38,911 nucleotides of DNA from Octopus bimaculoides (taxonomy: Eukaryota), in assembly GCF_001194135.2 (NCBI RefSeq), contig NC_068981.1, forward strand, positions 165,799,080 through 165,837,990. The letters run 5' to 3'. The position numbers were made by a program, and so were the translations under genes. The notes under the pieces were generated by a model. That model made no database searches, had not been told where the DNA came from, and saw nothing but the letters and a program-made list of their open reading frames with translations. Below, in pieces: positions 23,846 to 36,679 of this stretch. Within the stretch, counting starts at the first letter, position 1; every line of letters begins with the position of its first letter.

Positions 23846-24025
23846 GCAGAATTGTTAGCTTGCTAGACAAAATGTTTAGTAGTATTTCTTCTGCCTTTAC
23901 ATTCTGAGTTCAAATTCTGCTGAGGTTGGCTTTGCCATTCATCCTTTCTGGGTGGATGAAATGAGTACAAGTTAAGCATTGCAGTTAATGTAATCAACTT
24001 GCCCTTCCAACCAAATTTCAGGCCT
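23600..24025 (+). mobile_element. Two SINE copies of the 37496 family separated by (TTA)n
   Basis: CTGAATTCAAATTCTG / CTGAGTTCAAATTCTG and CCTTCATCCTTTC cores at ~23630 and ~23900; (TTA)n at ~23790-23843. Confidence 0.7.
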
Positions 24026-24029
24026 TATT

Positions 24030-24030
<1 letters not shown>

Positions 24031-24106
<76 letters not shown>
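24031..24106. repeat. (CAT)n microsatellite, ~25 units
   Basis: Direct inspection. Confidence 0.95.
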
Positions 24107-25219
24107 TATTATTATGTATGGCAATGCAGTTCTTACTTTTTTCTGTACAATTTAAAATTTTGTTTTGTTTGTTTTTATAATTCCTTTTCCAAATTATTTT
24201 AAATTTAAGTTTCCATCAGAAAATATTCAACATATATATCTCTTGCAATATTTTAATACCAACACTTGTGGAATTCCTTTATGGTTTTCAACAATTCCAG
24301 CCAAATGAAATTCATTTAATCTTTGTTGCATTATTCTCCTAAGGCCTTAATCTGACACTATGTATATACATTTTCTTTCCTCGCTTTCTTTTATCATTGT
24401 TTACCCAGAATTCTTAAAATATTTCAAAAATGTTCATCAAAACACCAATGCCACCACCATAGAAATGTGTTTACAGATAATTAAGTTTAATTTTTAAAAT
24501 ATAAGCACACACACACACACACAAATATTCCTTAGGGTTCTGAAGCTACAAAAATAAAACACATAAAATGTATGTGTTCTGTTTATTTTTTTTATTTAAT
24601 TAATGACAATTTTAAAAATGGTGAAATGGGAGTTACAGCAAGAAATCTAAAAATCTTTCTTCATTTCTGTCTTTTTACATTTTATTTTTCTTATGTGAGG
24701 GATTTAAAGTTTTTTTTAAGTAACTCCTATATTATTAGTTCTATATAAACCAGTTAGCATCTGGGTGCTTCAAAAACATGCAGGTCTAGTGGGGAAAGTA
24801 TTGTTGGTTTGTATCTCATCACCAGTTAGTGCAGTATACATTCATGGTTGGTCTTGGCTCAGGCCATCTTATGCTGGTAATTTTTATCCCCCCCCCCCAC
24901 ACGCACTGCATACACACAGATCTATACTTATTGAACCTATGATGAATGGACATTCTAGTTGTCATCTTTTTGTATGTCTAACACTACATTGTCTGTCTTC
25001 TCTTTTTTTTTAAAACAATACAAAGTGTTTTAAGGGAGCAATGGCTATTGTTCCTGGCAGGTTAAGCAACTACATTGTGGCTTATTTTGGCTCATCAAGC
25101 CATTTAATGGTTAATAGATACCATTATTAGATATTGTTCTTTCTTCCATGTAACCTAAATCTTGTATGAATGAGCACTGTGTAAGTTATTGCAACTCAGT
25201 CTTACATGGGTTTGGAATA

Positions 25220-25535
25220 TCATCATCGTCGTTTAATGTCTGCTTTCCATGCTAGCATGGGTTGGACGATTTGACTGAGGACTGGTGGACCAGGAGGCGA
25301 CACCAGGCCCCAATCTGATTTGGCAGAGTTTCTACAGCTGGATGCCCTTCCTTATGCCAACCACTCCGAGAGTGTAGTGGGTGCTTTTATGTGCCACCGG
25401 CACGAGGGCCAGTCAGGCTGTACTGGCAACGGCCATGCTCGAAATGGTGTATTTTACGTGCCACCTGCATAGGAGCCTGTCCATCGGCACTGGCAACAAT
25501 CTCGCTCAAATGTCTTACTGGCAACGGCCACGCTA
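25220..25535 (-). mobile_element. RTE LINE 3' UTR, well preserved
   Basis: Highly similar to 8363-8593 and to the reverse complement of 34956-35178. Confidence 0.9.
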
Positions 25536-25809
25536 AAAGAAAACCACTCCAGTGCCTTCTGTATAAGTAATTTTACAATTGGTTGGTTCAGCAGGAGTAC
25601 AATTTCTCTACAACACCTTCAATTGTATAAAACAGTTTAGAAGAAAGTGGGTTTGAAATCAAACAGAAAAGAGCACAGTTATAGTTGTGTAGTTAGAACA
25701 TTTACTTCACAACCATAGAGTTCTGGTTTGACCCTATTATGTAGGTTTTTGGGTGTGAATATCAGTGGAGGATTGAAAAGTTATTGTGTCAAATAAAGAT
25801 ACCTTGTAG

Positions 25810-25972
25810 AAGCACCCAGCACTCTGTAAAGTGGTTAGCATTAGGAAGGGCATCCAGCCATAGAAACCATGCCAAAACAGACAAATGGGGCCTGATCAGC
25901 TCCTCTCAAACTGTCCAACCTATGCTAGCATGGAAGACAGATATTAAATGATGATAGTGATGATGATGATGA
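25810..25972 (+). mobile_element. RTE LINE 3' UTR fragment, older
   Basis: GTGGTTAGCATTAGGAAGGGCATCCAGCC...TGCTAGCATGGAAG followed by (GAT)n. Confidence 0.8.
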
Positions 25973-26637
25973 AGGTTAGGCTATAGTCAGTTCCTTTTAA
26001 ATCTAGAACGACCTTACCTATCTCCTCTTACGAAATTGATAAAATAAATATCCATTCCTTTGCTAACTTAGGATGAGAAAAGAGCATGACGAATGGTAAT
26101 ATACTGTACAAGAGACCCATCACCCATGCAACTCATACCAGCAGGGCAGGACAAGTATCCAAACAATGATGATGATGGTGATGACAGCAAAGGTAACAGT
26201 TGCACTAATGTGACCAAGTAGTCTAAGCTTTGCTTTTACACTTTTTGTGGAACAAATAATTAACTTGACTGAGATGAACAGAGTAATATGTTGATGTCTT
26301 ATATGAGCACAAAGTGACAATTTTGTTGGGAGGATATAATCAATGAATTCAACCTAGTACTTGATTGGTACTTTATTTCATTGATCCTCCCCACCCTTCC
26401 CCAGAAGGATGGAAGGTAAAATCATCCTTAACAGGATTCATCCCTTACACACACATATATATGGTGGCCTTCCACGTAGTTTCTGTCTATTGAATTCACT
26501 CACAAGGCATTGGTTGGCCTGGGGCTATAGTAGAAGACACTTATCCAAGGCACCGTACAATGGCACTAAACCTGAAACCACGTTTAGGATGTAAACAACA
26601 GCAAGGAAATAAAAAACCAGTACCCTTCAAACAAAGT

Positions 26638-26893
26638 ACCATCTCAAGTCCTGGGACTCATAGGACGGGTTACTCGATTTCTATGATACATAAGTGACTG
26701 AAATCACAGCATTTCCCTCTGAATGGGATGTGAGTCCATTGCATGGGTTACTTATTTACAGCTGAGTGGACTGGAACAACTTAAAATAAAGTGCTTTGCT
26801 CAAGAACACAAAACACCACCTGGTCCAGGTATTGAAACCATGATCTTGTGGTCATGAGTGCAACATACTAACCCCTAGGCCACACAACTTTAT
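26638..26893 (-). mobile_element. tRNA/CORE SINE with a 14-bp TSD
   Basis: TSD CCTTCAAACAAAGT at 26624-26637 and 26894-26907; CORE-like TGTTCTTGAGCAAAGCACTTTATT on the minus strand. Confidence 0.8.
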
Positions 26894-26914
26894 CCTTCAA
26901 ACAAAGTTTCTGTT

Positions 26915-27859
26915 AATATTACTTCTGTAAATTCCACCAAGGTCGACTTTCCCTTTCACCCTTTTGGGGTTGATAAAATAGGTACCATTTGAGCACTGGG
27001 GTCAATGGAATCAGCTTACCCTATTCCCTGAAATTGCTAGCCTTGTGCCAAAATTAAAAAAACAATATTAGTTCTGTAAGACAAGTGAGCTGGCAGAACC
27101 ATTACCATGCTGGGCAAAATGCTTAGTTGTCTTACCCTTTCATCCTTTTCGGGTTGATAAAATAAGTACCAGTTGAGTACTGGGGTCGATGTAGTCAACT
27201 TAGCCCCTCCCCCAAAACTACCAGCCTTGTGCCAAAATTTAAAAACCAATATTGGTTCTGTAAGACTGGTGAGCTGGCAGAATTGTTACTACACTGGGTA
27301 AAATGCTTAGCTGCATTTGTTGGCACTCCGTCGCTTGCGATGTCGAGGGTTCCAGTTGATCCGATCAACGGAACAGCCTCCTCGTGAAATTAACGTGCAA
27401 GTGGCTGAGCACTCCACAGACACGTGTACCCTTAACGTAATTCTTGGGGATATTCAGCGTGACACAGTGTGACAAGGCTGGCCCTTTGAATTACAGGCAC
27501 AACATAAACAGGAAGTAAGAGTGAGAGAAAGTTGTGGTGAAAGAGTACAGTAGGGTTCGCCACCATCCCCTGCCAGAGCCTCATGGAGCTTTAGGTGTTT
27601 TCGCTCAATAAACACTCACAATGCCTGGTCTGGGAATCGAAACCGTGATCCTATGACCGTGAGTCTGCTGCCCTAACCACTGGGCCATTCCGCCTCCACA
27701 TCTGTCATTATACACTGTCAAAGTTGACTTTGTCTTTCATCCTTTTTGGGGTTGATAAAATAAGTACCATTTGAGCACTGGGGTCGATGTAATCAGTATA
27801 CCCTATTCCCTGAAACTGTTGACCTTTTTCCAAATTTGAAATCAATGTTGGTTCTGTAC
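26915..27859 (+). repeat. Head-to-tail array of three SINE units (37496 family) delimited by a 16-bp motif
   Basis: Variants of AATATTGGTTCTGTAA at 26915, 27064, 27248 and 27844. Confidence 0.7.
27317..27699 (-). mobile_element. Well-preserved tRNA-derived SINE nested in the third array unit
   Basis: Minus-strand head GTGGAGGCGGAATGGCCCAGTGGTTAG and B box GGTTTCGATTCCC; many CpGs retained. The host unit resumes at ~27700. Confidence 0.85.
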
Positions 27860-28607
27860 TGTATTGCACTGGCACTTCTTTGTTGACTTCATTATCTGAA
27901 ATGCTGTGAACCAATATTAGATACCTGTAACCAACACTATTCTTCACAGATTGTGATATAAAGTAAATAAGACATTTCAGCCTTGACTATTCCATCTTGT
28001 TTTCAAGGTTAGCATGTCCAGAACCAGATTATCTTATGTAGTGTTCCTTCAAGACAGGTGTAATTTGTGGGCGATTTCGCTGCTGTTTCTAGCAGTCAAG
28101 TATCTACATACAGGTTCCATGGATTTTTTCGAGTGATATTTAATTTCCTTCAGTTTTTTTTAGCTGTTTTCTTTGGACATAAAACAACTTAGCTCTTTAG
28201 CTCTTTGTAAGTGGACTATTGTTAAAAACAAAACAGGTTTAACTACATTCTATATTTATTTTTCATTTTCTTTTTACCCTAAGTTTACATATTTTCATAA
28301 AACATTATGAAATCTGAATATACAGGTCATTCAAATAAAATATTACCCTCAATTTATTTTGGTGGGTAAAGTACATAAATGTATCCTAATTCCTAGGATA
28401 AAAGAACCTTGACTTCAATTTGTTCTTAATTTTTCTTTTCACTTTATGTTGCACTGGAGATTAGATAAATATAAAAGAAGTTAGTGTAGCACTTTTGATG
28501 GAAAGTTTTACTCAACACCTTAGGCAAGTGTCTCTGACTACAGCTCTGGTCCAAACAATGGCATGTGAGAGAATTTGGTTGAGAGAAACAGTGTGAGAAA
28601 GCCTATC

Positions 28608-28625
28608 ATGTGTGTGTGTGTGTAT

Positions 28626-28668
<43 letters not shown>

Positions 28669-28789
28669 TATAATATATCCAGCCATAGAAAATGTGTCCC
28701 AGCAAACTTCTTTTTGTTCTATGCAAGCAAGGAAAAGTGGATGTCAAATGAACAAATCTGTCTGTTTGTATGTATGTATGTATGCATGG

Positions 28790-28857
<68 letters not shown>

Positions 28858-28945
28858 GCATGTATATACATATGTATGTATGTTTAGGTATGTATGTATT
28901 CATGTATATACATCCATGTATATATGTATGTATGTATGGACATAT
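28608..28945. repeat. Compound (GT)/(CA)/(TATG)/(AT) microsatellite
   Basis: Direct inspection. Confidence 0.9.
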
Positions 28946-29289
28946 ATAAATTGGCCTCACATTTTTAAGGAAGGTCAAATCATATGAACTTTAGAAGCAA
29001 GACTTGGTTTACCAAGAATATTTTGTTACAAACCCACCTGCCAACTTTTGTGGAAGAAAATTGCTATACTTGTCTTGTAGCTGATTCTTAAGAAATTCTA
29101 AATATCTGAAAGGAATAGGTTTACTGATAATATTTTCTTGAAAATGCTATGTTGGCCATTACAAACTGTTTTACCTTATATATCCATCATCAACGTCTTG
29201 TTATCATCCTCATTGATCATCATTATTACTCAAGCGCTAACCGTCTTCCCTCAAAATTGCTTCCCTTGTGCCTAAATTAGAAACATGAT

Positions 29290-29388
29290 TATTATTATCA
29301 AAGTGATGAGCTGGCATAATTGTTAGCATGCAAGTCAAAATGCTTAGCCCCTCCCCAAAATTTTACGCCTTTGCTTATAGTAGAAAGA

Positions 29389-29423
<35 letters not shown>

Positions 29424-29625
29424 AATGCCAAAGTGACAGAATTGTTGGCCTGTTGAACAGAATGCTTCGTGGCATTTTTTCTGGTTTTATGCTCTGAGTT
29501 CAAATTCTGCTGAGGTCGACTTAGCTCTTCTTCTCTTTGGGATTGATGTAATAAGTACCAGCTGAGCACTGAGGTCGAAGTAATCAACCAGCACCTCCCC
29601 CAAAATTTCAGGTCTTGTGCCTATA
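29290..29625 (+). mobile_element. SINE pieces of the 37496 family around (TTA)n
   Basis: GAGCTGGCATAATTGTTAGC; CTGAGTTCAAATTCTGCTGAGGTCGAC; AAGTACCAGCTGAGCACTG. Confidence 0.7.
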
Positions 29626-29629
29626 GTCG

Positions 29630-29880
29630 TCATCATCATTTAACATCTGTTTTTTGATGCTGGCATGGGTTGGGCGGTTTGACAGGAGCTGGGAAGCCAG
29701 AGAGCTGCACCAGGCTCCAGTTGTTTGTTTTGGCATGGTTTCTATGGCTGGGTGCCCTTCCTAATGCCAACCACTTTACAGAGTGTACTGGGTGCTTCTT
29801 TTTACATGGTACCAGCATAATTGCTTTATATGTAGCACCAATGCAAGTGCTTTTATGTGGCACCAGCATGGGTGTTTTTT
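29630..29880 (-). mobile_element. RTE LINE 3' UTR fragment
   Basis: GCTGGCATGGGTTGG...TGCCCTTCCTAATGCCAACCACT. Confidence 0.85.
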
Positions 29881-29982
29881 ATGTTATATTGTTTACACGT
29901 TGTAAAACCCTGTTTTTGTCTTTTAAGTTGTTGTATGTCTTTTAATGTAATTTTATGTGTGCCCTTGTGGCCAATAAAAGAA

Positions 29983-29985
29983 TTG

Positions 29986-30026
<41 letters not shown>

Positions 30027-30207
30027 CATTATTATTATTATTATTGTTATTATTATTATTATCATTATTACTATTCTTCTTCTTCTTATTATTATTATTA
30101 TTATCAATAACTTCTCTCAATTTTATTTCCATTTCTTGCCAAGTGTCTTCCCAGCACTTAGGGCAAAGAAACTCATTGGGTTATTATTGTTATTATTATT
30201 ATTATTA

Positions 30208-30277
<70 letters not shown>

Positions 30278-30290
30278 CATTATTGTTATT
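29983..30290. repeat. Two long (ATT)n microsatellite tracts
   Basis: Direct inspection. Confidence 0.95.
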
Positions 30291-31224
30291 ATACTTTGTT
30301 TGCTTTGAGAATTAGGTTTTGGGAACTTAAATCTTTGATAAAACAGTTAGCTGAATGTAAGGTTGTTTGTGAAATAAGAGGTTGTGAAGGTGGTAAGGCC
30401 AGAAAAATCAGATCACTTTGGTACTTTCCTTCATGACACAATATTTGAATTCTCTATACACACACTGTAAAACCAGTTATTTTTGCCTTGGTGTTACTGA
30501 TGAAAGAAAGAAACAGTAAATTGTTATCTTCATAATATTCAGCTTTGTTTGGGTGTTGTATAAAAGAATATGGTATTTCATACTTGTTAATTGAAGCAGA
30601 AGCAATCTTGAAAATATGGTGGTAGGAACTTGACACAGCAATAGAAAAACAAATCCTAAATCTATAAACTATTTGCTTTGAATGGTTGAGATATTTATAT
30701 ATTTTTATGAATGCAGGCTTTTCAAAACATTATACACACTCACATACACTTGTGTACTTGCATTCATAGCCATAGATTCACATGGTACCCTACATCAATT
30801 GCAAAATACTCAGTGAACTAACGCATTCCTTTGTTGTTAAGTAGTAGAGGCTTTGAACTGAAGATTTGTGTGTGTGTGTGAACATAGTGCTGTGAAGGAT
30901 GAATAAGGATAATAAGAGATGTTAAAATACTGGTTGGAAATGGGATGAGAGTATTTCTGTAGGTGGTGTGTAATGTGAAAGCAAAAAAAAAAAAACATCC
31001 CAAAAATTACAAGGTCAGAAAGTTATTTAGAATTTACTCTTTCAAGTATTATGTGCTAGCAGTGAAGAAAACTGAAGAATGTTTGAGAAGCAGTCACAGA
31101 TTCGTTGATGCTAAGGATATTGGGCTTCATAGAATATAATGGCACAAGATGAAAATCTTGAAACACTGCCAGTAACATCTGTTGTAAACAGAGATTTTGG
31201 TGTGGTTTACTGCAGTATCCACAC

Positions 31225-31504
31225 CAGTGGTTCCCATAGTGGCTAGAGGACCCCCCCCCCCCCGGGGCAGTGTAAGATCCAGGGGGCATTGAAGAAAAAT
31301 GGGGTGATAATGGAGTGACCAAAACAGAACAATGAATTTTAAAGCAAAAAAGGGTTAATTAGGTTAAGTTTTATTTGTGAAATACTGTTGTTTTGAATTT
31401 GCTGCAGAAAATGTTCTAGTCTGTGATGGTGAGTGGCAGCGAGGGCACTAGGAATGTGGCCTTAGAACCAAGGGGCGGTAACCTGGAAAGTCTGGGAACC
31501 ACTA
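31225..31504. mobile_element. hAT (Charlie-like) MITE
   Basis: TIRs CAGTGGTTCCCA / TGGGAACCACTA; 8-bp TSD ATCCACAC (31217-31224) / ATCTACAC (31505-31512). Confidence 0.75.
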
Positions 31505-31528
31505 ATCTACACTGTGAAATTACATGAT

Positions 31529-31605
31529 CTAGGTTAGGTTTAGGGCTAGGGTTTAGGGTTAAGGATTGAATTTAGGGTGAGGGTTTAGGATTAGGGTTTG
31601 GGTTA
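31529..31605 (+). repeat. Degenerate TTAGGG-like tract, ~12 units
   Basis: CTAGGTTAGGTTTAGGGCTAGGGTTTAGGGTTAAGG...TTAGGGTGAGGGTTTAGGATTAGGGTTTGGGTTA. Confidence 0.8.
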
Positions 31606-34004
31606 AACTGCACACTGAAGTCCAAATGACCAGGTATACCACTTGCTAAAGTGGCACTGAGATTTCTATTTAATTGCATAAAAAAAGCAATACTCTTTAT
31701 AAACGCATGAAAAAAACAAAATCTCATTTTTCCTTCACTGGTAGTTTTGTGGTCTTGTCTGAACATAAGAAATCATTTAGTTGCTTGTTTAGATAATGCC
31801 ATCTGTCATTTGTATATGAAACATACTATCAAATCCATACGGCAAAAATATAAATGAAAGATGTCCATATAATTTGTTTAGTAATATTGATTCACTTTAC
31901 AGCAGTGGAATACACTGGGCAATTCAAAAGTTCCTTTAGCCTGGTTTGTTTATTTTATGTACCTAACTTAGAACTGATAGGGAAAGTTGATTTACAGTGA
32001 CTGAACGTATCTCCCAATCCCTGAGTGATTTTGATTTGGAAGACAAATAGAGTAATGGATCTAGATGACTATTTCACTGAAACTGTTACATTCCCCAGAC
32101 CTAAAGATGTCTTCAAATGGTTACCCAGTTAGGAAGGTTTCAATTTATTTCTTCTTTCCACATCCCTTAGATTTTTATAGTAGATTCATTATATTGTGTT
32201 ATTTTTAGGACAGTGAATATTCTCTCATCTTTTGTTAATGATTTTTTTTTTGTAAAATACATAAAACAAAATATAAATAAAAAAATATTCACAAAAACAT
32301 AGCAAAGATGGGATTAAAAATATCTAAGAAAAAAATTGTACCAAAAAAATAAATAAAAGCTGTATATATAATTTTAAATGTTAAAGAAATTTCTGAATAA
32401 CCCTGTATATCTTTTTACATTCTGAGTTCAAAGTCTGTTGAGAAAGTTGGCTTTGCCTTTCATCCTCCTGAAGCTTGAGTTAATTGGCTACCCACCCCAT
32501 AAAAGTGTATGGTCTTGTTACTTTGTAAGAAACCATTGTTAATATTTCAGAGATTTACTTGCCAAACAAGTGATTTTATCTGAGACCGTGTGTTGAAACT
32601 AAAACAATTACAGTATGGTTCCATTGCAGCTCAGTGGAACCATATCAGTGACTAGGTCGCAGATAGTTCAACAAAAACTTTGACACCAAATGATAAATAT
32701 TTAAGTGAAGTTGTGTGTTTTTGAATGGCTAATATGTATCTCCCATGCTGTAATTGCATTGTTGATATAAATTCTTAAAATGATGGTTTCCTTCACTGTG
32801 ACCTTGTGCATATGTTGGAAATCATTATTGATTCAATCTAGGATAAACATGAGTTTGCTTTTGTTGAACTTCATCATGTTTTTTTTCTACACCGATGTTA
32901 TCAGAATATGTTGCTCTATACTTCAACTTTACTGGGTTTCCATAGTCATAAAAGTTTGAGAGACTATTCTACCTTTAAGCCAGTAGAATAATTTGTTCTA
33001 GAATTTTTCCCATCAAAGGAGTTCAGTCTTCCAACATCGTAAATTTGTGAAATTCTTGTCAGTCTTACTATACATCCCTATCCTTTTTGCTTTAGACTTT
33101 TGCATGGTACTTATCAATAAAATTGACTGTTCCAGTAACTGTCAAATATTTAGACCATGGAGAAGATGCAGTGTTATTGATAAGTTTCAAACTATTCCTC
33201 CTTTGGTTGAGAAATTGACTCTCTAGTTTCTCAACTAGCTGTAACTCGAACCAGTTATCTTTATGAGATTTAAATTCAACCCCAAGGCTGGAACTCTAAT
33301 TAATCAGCTAATTAATTGTCCCTGACTGTAGCAGATAAGATAAAAGATAATACATAGTACTTTATAATCTGTTGTTATTGTTCTGTCATTGATTATTGTT
33401 GTTTGGAAAGTAAACTAATGTGAATGTGAGACTATTAATGTTAAGAATGGCATGATGTTTTTATTGGTGTAGATATCTGTTATTTCAGCTATCAATTATC
33501 AAGTGAGAATTCAAAGTCTAATAATGAAATTCGGTAAAGCTTGAACGTATGACTTAATTAGGTTGATGACTAAATCTGGGATGGAAGAGTCATAATGATA
33601 AAAGTAATAATATAATTTTAAGGTGTTTATTTTTCTTAAAATTTTAATTGTATTTATTGGATTGAAGAAAAGGGGACAGTATTGTTAACTATGTAAAGTG
33701 AATCTAGTGTGTAAGGATAAGTGAATGACTTTGTTACAAGTTACTGGTGGATGGAAAAGTTTCTAGAGGGTTGCAGTTCACAGAGAAAAGGAACAGAAAG
33801 AAGGAACAAAAAGAAATGTACCTGCTTCATAATAAGGTTTGGGATAAGAAGGTGAAGCAATACAAGTGTGACATGCAATTATTATCAAGTTAAAAGGAGC
33901 TGAAACTTTTGTAGTAGATGATAGAGAGGGCATGTACTATAATGACCAATGGCTGTAAAACATTCATGAGTGAAATGTTACCTTTTAATTTAGTACTACA
34001 GTCC

Positions 34005-34275
34005 GGACAGGGCTGTGTATTTTGTTTTTGAGGAGGCACTGTATTTTCACGTTGCTCCAGTTCACTCACCTGTAGAAATGAGTTGTGACATCACTGGTGC
34101 CAAGCTGTATCAGCATTTGCCTTTCACTTGAATAATATTGGTGGCATGAAAAGGCGAGGTTGGTATTCATGAGCAACTGCAGGTCTTACATAAACAACCT
34201 TGCCTGGACTTGTGCCTCAGAGGGGAACATTCTAGGTGCAATCCCATAGTCATTCATGGCCGAAGGGAGTCTTAA
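34005..34275 (+). mobile_element. 5'-truncated copy of the 16161-16495 SINE
   Basis: TGTAGAAATGAGTTG...CACTGGTGCCAAGCTGTATC...CTAGGTGCAATCC...CCGAAGGG is shared. Confidence 0.8.
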
Positions 34276-34955
34276 GTTTGAGGAAAAGGACAATCAGTAC
34301 CTATAAACATTTCCAACCAAAACCTTTTTTTACTACCAATTCAAGATTGTTCTTTGTCCAGTTTTTCTAAGCCCAACTTTATCCACTCATCTGTATCAGC
34401 ATTAATAGATATATCTTTACATGATTTTTCAAGATGCAGAAATAGCAGCCAAATCCCTTGCAAATCACACTTTATATCTTAAAAAAAAACATACTGGATA
34501 ATGTAATCCAAGGTACACTCTGCTTCAAACTAAGACAGGATGGAATGTTTTCAATCATTTGTCTACTCATTTGATGCTACTTGAGGCTGAACAATATCTC
34601 TTTGCAAGTAACACCAGAGATTTCTAAATGATGACAGTAGTGGGTTAGAACACCTATCTTCATAATCTATTTTTAAACTTAGAGCTGGATACTCTTTATA
34701 TTGTTTATGATTTAGTTATAAATAGACCTTCTAGTCAGAATGTACTTGACACTAATTGAGCTATTGCTTTTCATGTGTTAGTCATCCTCAATGATTTGTT
34801 GTTTTAAATATACTAATTTTCTCACCCTCTTATATACAATATTGAACATCTGAGTAATGATCCTCTTAGCACTATTTTGGAAAGTATGAAGAATTTTAGT
34901 GAAGCAAAAACCTGTCCAGATATGTCTCTTGCACTTGCAAAAATGATTAAAATAA

Positions 34956-35178
34956 GGCCGTTGCCAGTACTGCCAAACTGGCCTTCGTGCCGGTGGCACG
35001 TAAAAGCACCTACTACACTCTCGGAGTGGTTGGCGTTAGGAAGGGCATCCAGCTGTAGAAACTCTGCCAAATCAGATTGGAGCCTAGTGTAGCCATCTGG
35101 TTCACCAGTCCTCAGTCAAATCGTCCAACCCATGCTAGCATGGAAAGCGGATGTTAAACGATGATGATGATGATGATG
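34956..35178 (+). mobile_element. RTE LINE 3' UTR, young copy with an (ATG)n tail
   Basis: CpGs retained; near-identical to the reverse complement of 8363-8593 and 25220-25430. Confidence 0.9.
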
Positions 35179-35831
35179 AATATTAGCCTTTGAACTATTG
35201 TTATCTTTTCCTCGTCTCATAAGTATTTCTAGTTAGATTTTTAACACTCATTACATTATGTCAATGCTACCATAGAAGCTAAGCCTGTAAGAGTTATGAG
35301 CTTTTCTCAGCAGCACAACACAGTGATTGTAGTGAGATTTGAACTCTTGCCCATATAGTGTGGAGTTCAGTATTCTAAATGTATAGCTATGGTGCTTCCA
35401 TTATCTAAATTCACTGCTTTTATACACATTCCAACCCATCCTCCCATCCTTACTTTCTATTTGTGAGTATTCTGATACTTGTTTATCTTTTGTTAAAAGT
35501 TACTAATTTCAACTTGTTATTTTTAACACTCCTGGGAGACTAGTCTTCAAAGAAGATATACTCCACAAGTTTATTATTTATCTTTGAGTTGTAAGTGAGT
35601 ATGATTTTATAGATATGGTAGATATAGAGAGAGGATGAACTATCTTGGAGAAAGCCATATTAGTGTCTTAATTTTTAGGTCATAATTTTAATGTGACTAG
35701 AATTTCAAAGTTATTAAAATCACCATGTTCTTCATTTATCTATCTGTAATATTTTGTATCAGCAGAATAAATCAATGTAACTTTAGCTGTATATGTTTTG
35801 AAACACCTGTTGTTTCTGGAAATGTTAAAAG

Positions 35832-35869
<38 letters not shown>

Positions 35870-36214
35870 CTTCTTATTTTCATTTTATTTTATTTTATTC
35901 TGGTTGTGGGAACCTCATTGCTACTTTGATTCTACCATAATTCTACATTTTTATAATTTTATGATCAACAAATGGTATAATACTCACTGAAACTATAAAA
36001 GCATTACTAGGAAATTGATATTGCACAACATATATAATGGTCTTAGAGTAATTTAAAACGCAAAAATCTATTTTTGTCCATAGGATACTTCATTTAATCA
36101 ACTTATTGAGTTGCACACACATGCACACACCCACACATGCATGCACACAAATTTTGAACCATATATACAGCATTACTTATAAGAATGTGTGCACGTGTGT
36201 GTGTGTGTGTGTGT

Positions 36215-36400
36215 ACATGGCCCAGTGGTTAGAGTGATGCTCTCTTGATCACAGTTTCAATTCCTGAATTGGGTAGTGCATTGTGTTCTTGAGCGGAACA
36301 CTTCATCTCATGTTGTTCGTGATCACTTCAACACATGATGTCTGGTACTCAGTACCCCTGTTCAGGCAACATCAATTTGGTGGAGTGAGTGAGCTAATAT
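36215..36400 (+). mobile_element. tRNA/CORE SINE, degenerate
   Basis: TGGCCCAGTGGTTAGAG...TTTCAATTCC...TGTGTTCTTGAGCGGAACACTTCATCTC. Confidence 0.65.
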
Positions 36401-36679
36401 ATAGCACATACATTTAATCACTATAAGCAGATCATTTGTGTAGGTTGTTCAGCAAGAGATTACTATCATCATCATCATCACCATCATCATTATCATCATC
36501 ATCATCACCATCATCATTATCATCATCATCATCACCATCATCATTATCATCATCATATACACAAATTTTGAGGATAGTGTGTGTATGTATGCATGTATAT
36601 ATACATACATACAACACATACAATACATCCAGTTTTGTGGATGGTTTGTGTGTACACACACACACACACACACATACAC

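Noticed and set aside
23999-24202. Poly-His protein
   Set aside because: Translation of a (CAT)n microsatellite at a SINE tail.
29853-30436. Poly-Ile, poly-Leu and poly-Tyr ORFs, and an IRFWELK candidate exon at ~30311
   Set aside because: (ATT)n read-through; the short unique peptide has weak splice support and no recognisable family.
33203-33238. Small hairpin GTTGAGAAA...TTTCTCAAC near a short open frame
   Set aside because: Only 9 Watson-Crick pairs in the core; expected by chance in 39 kb of AT-rich DNA.
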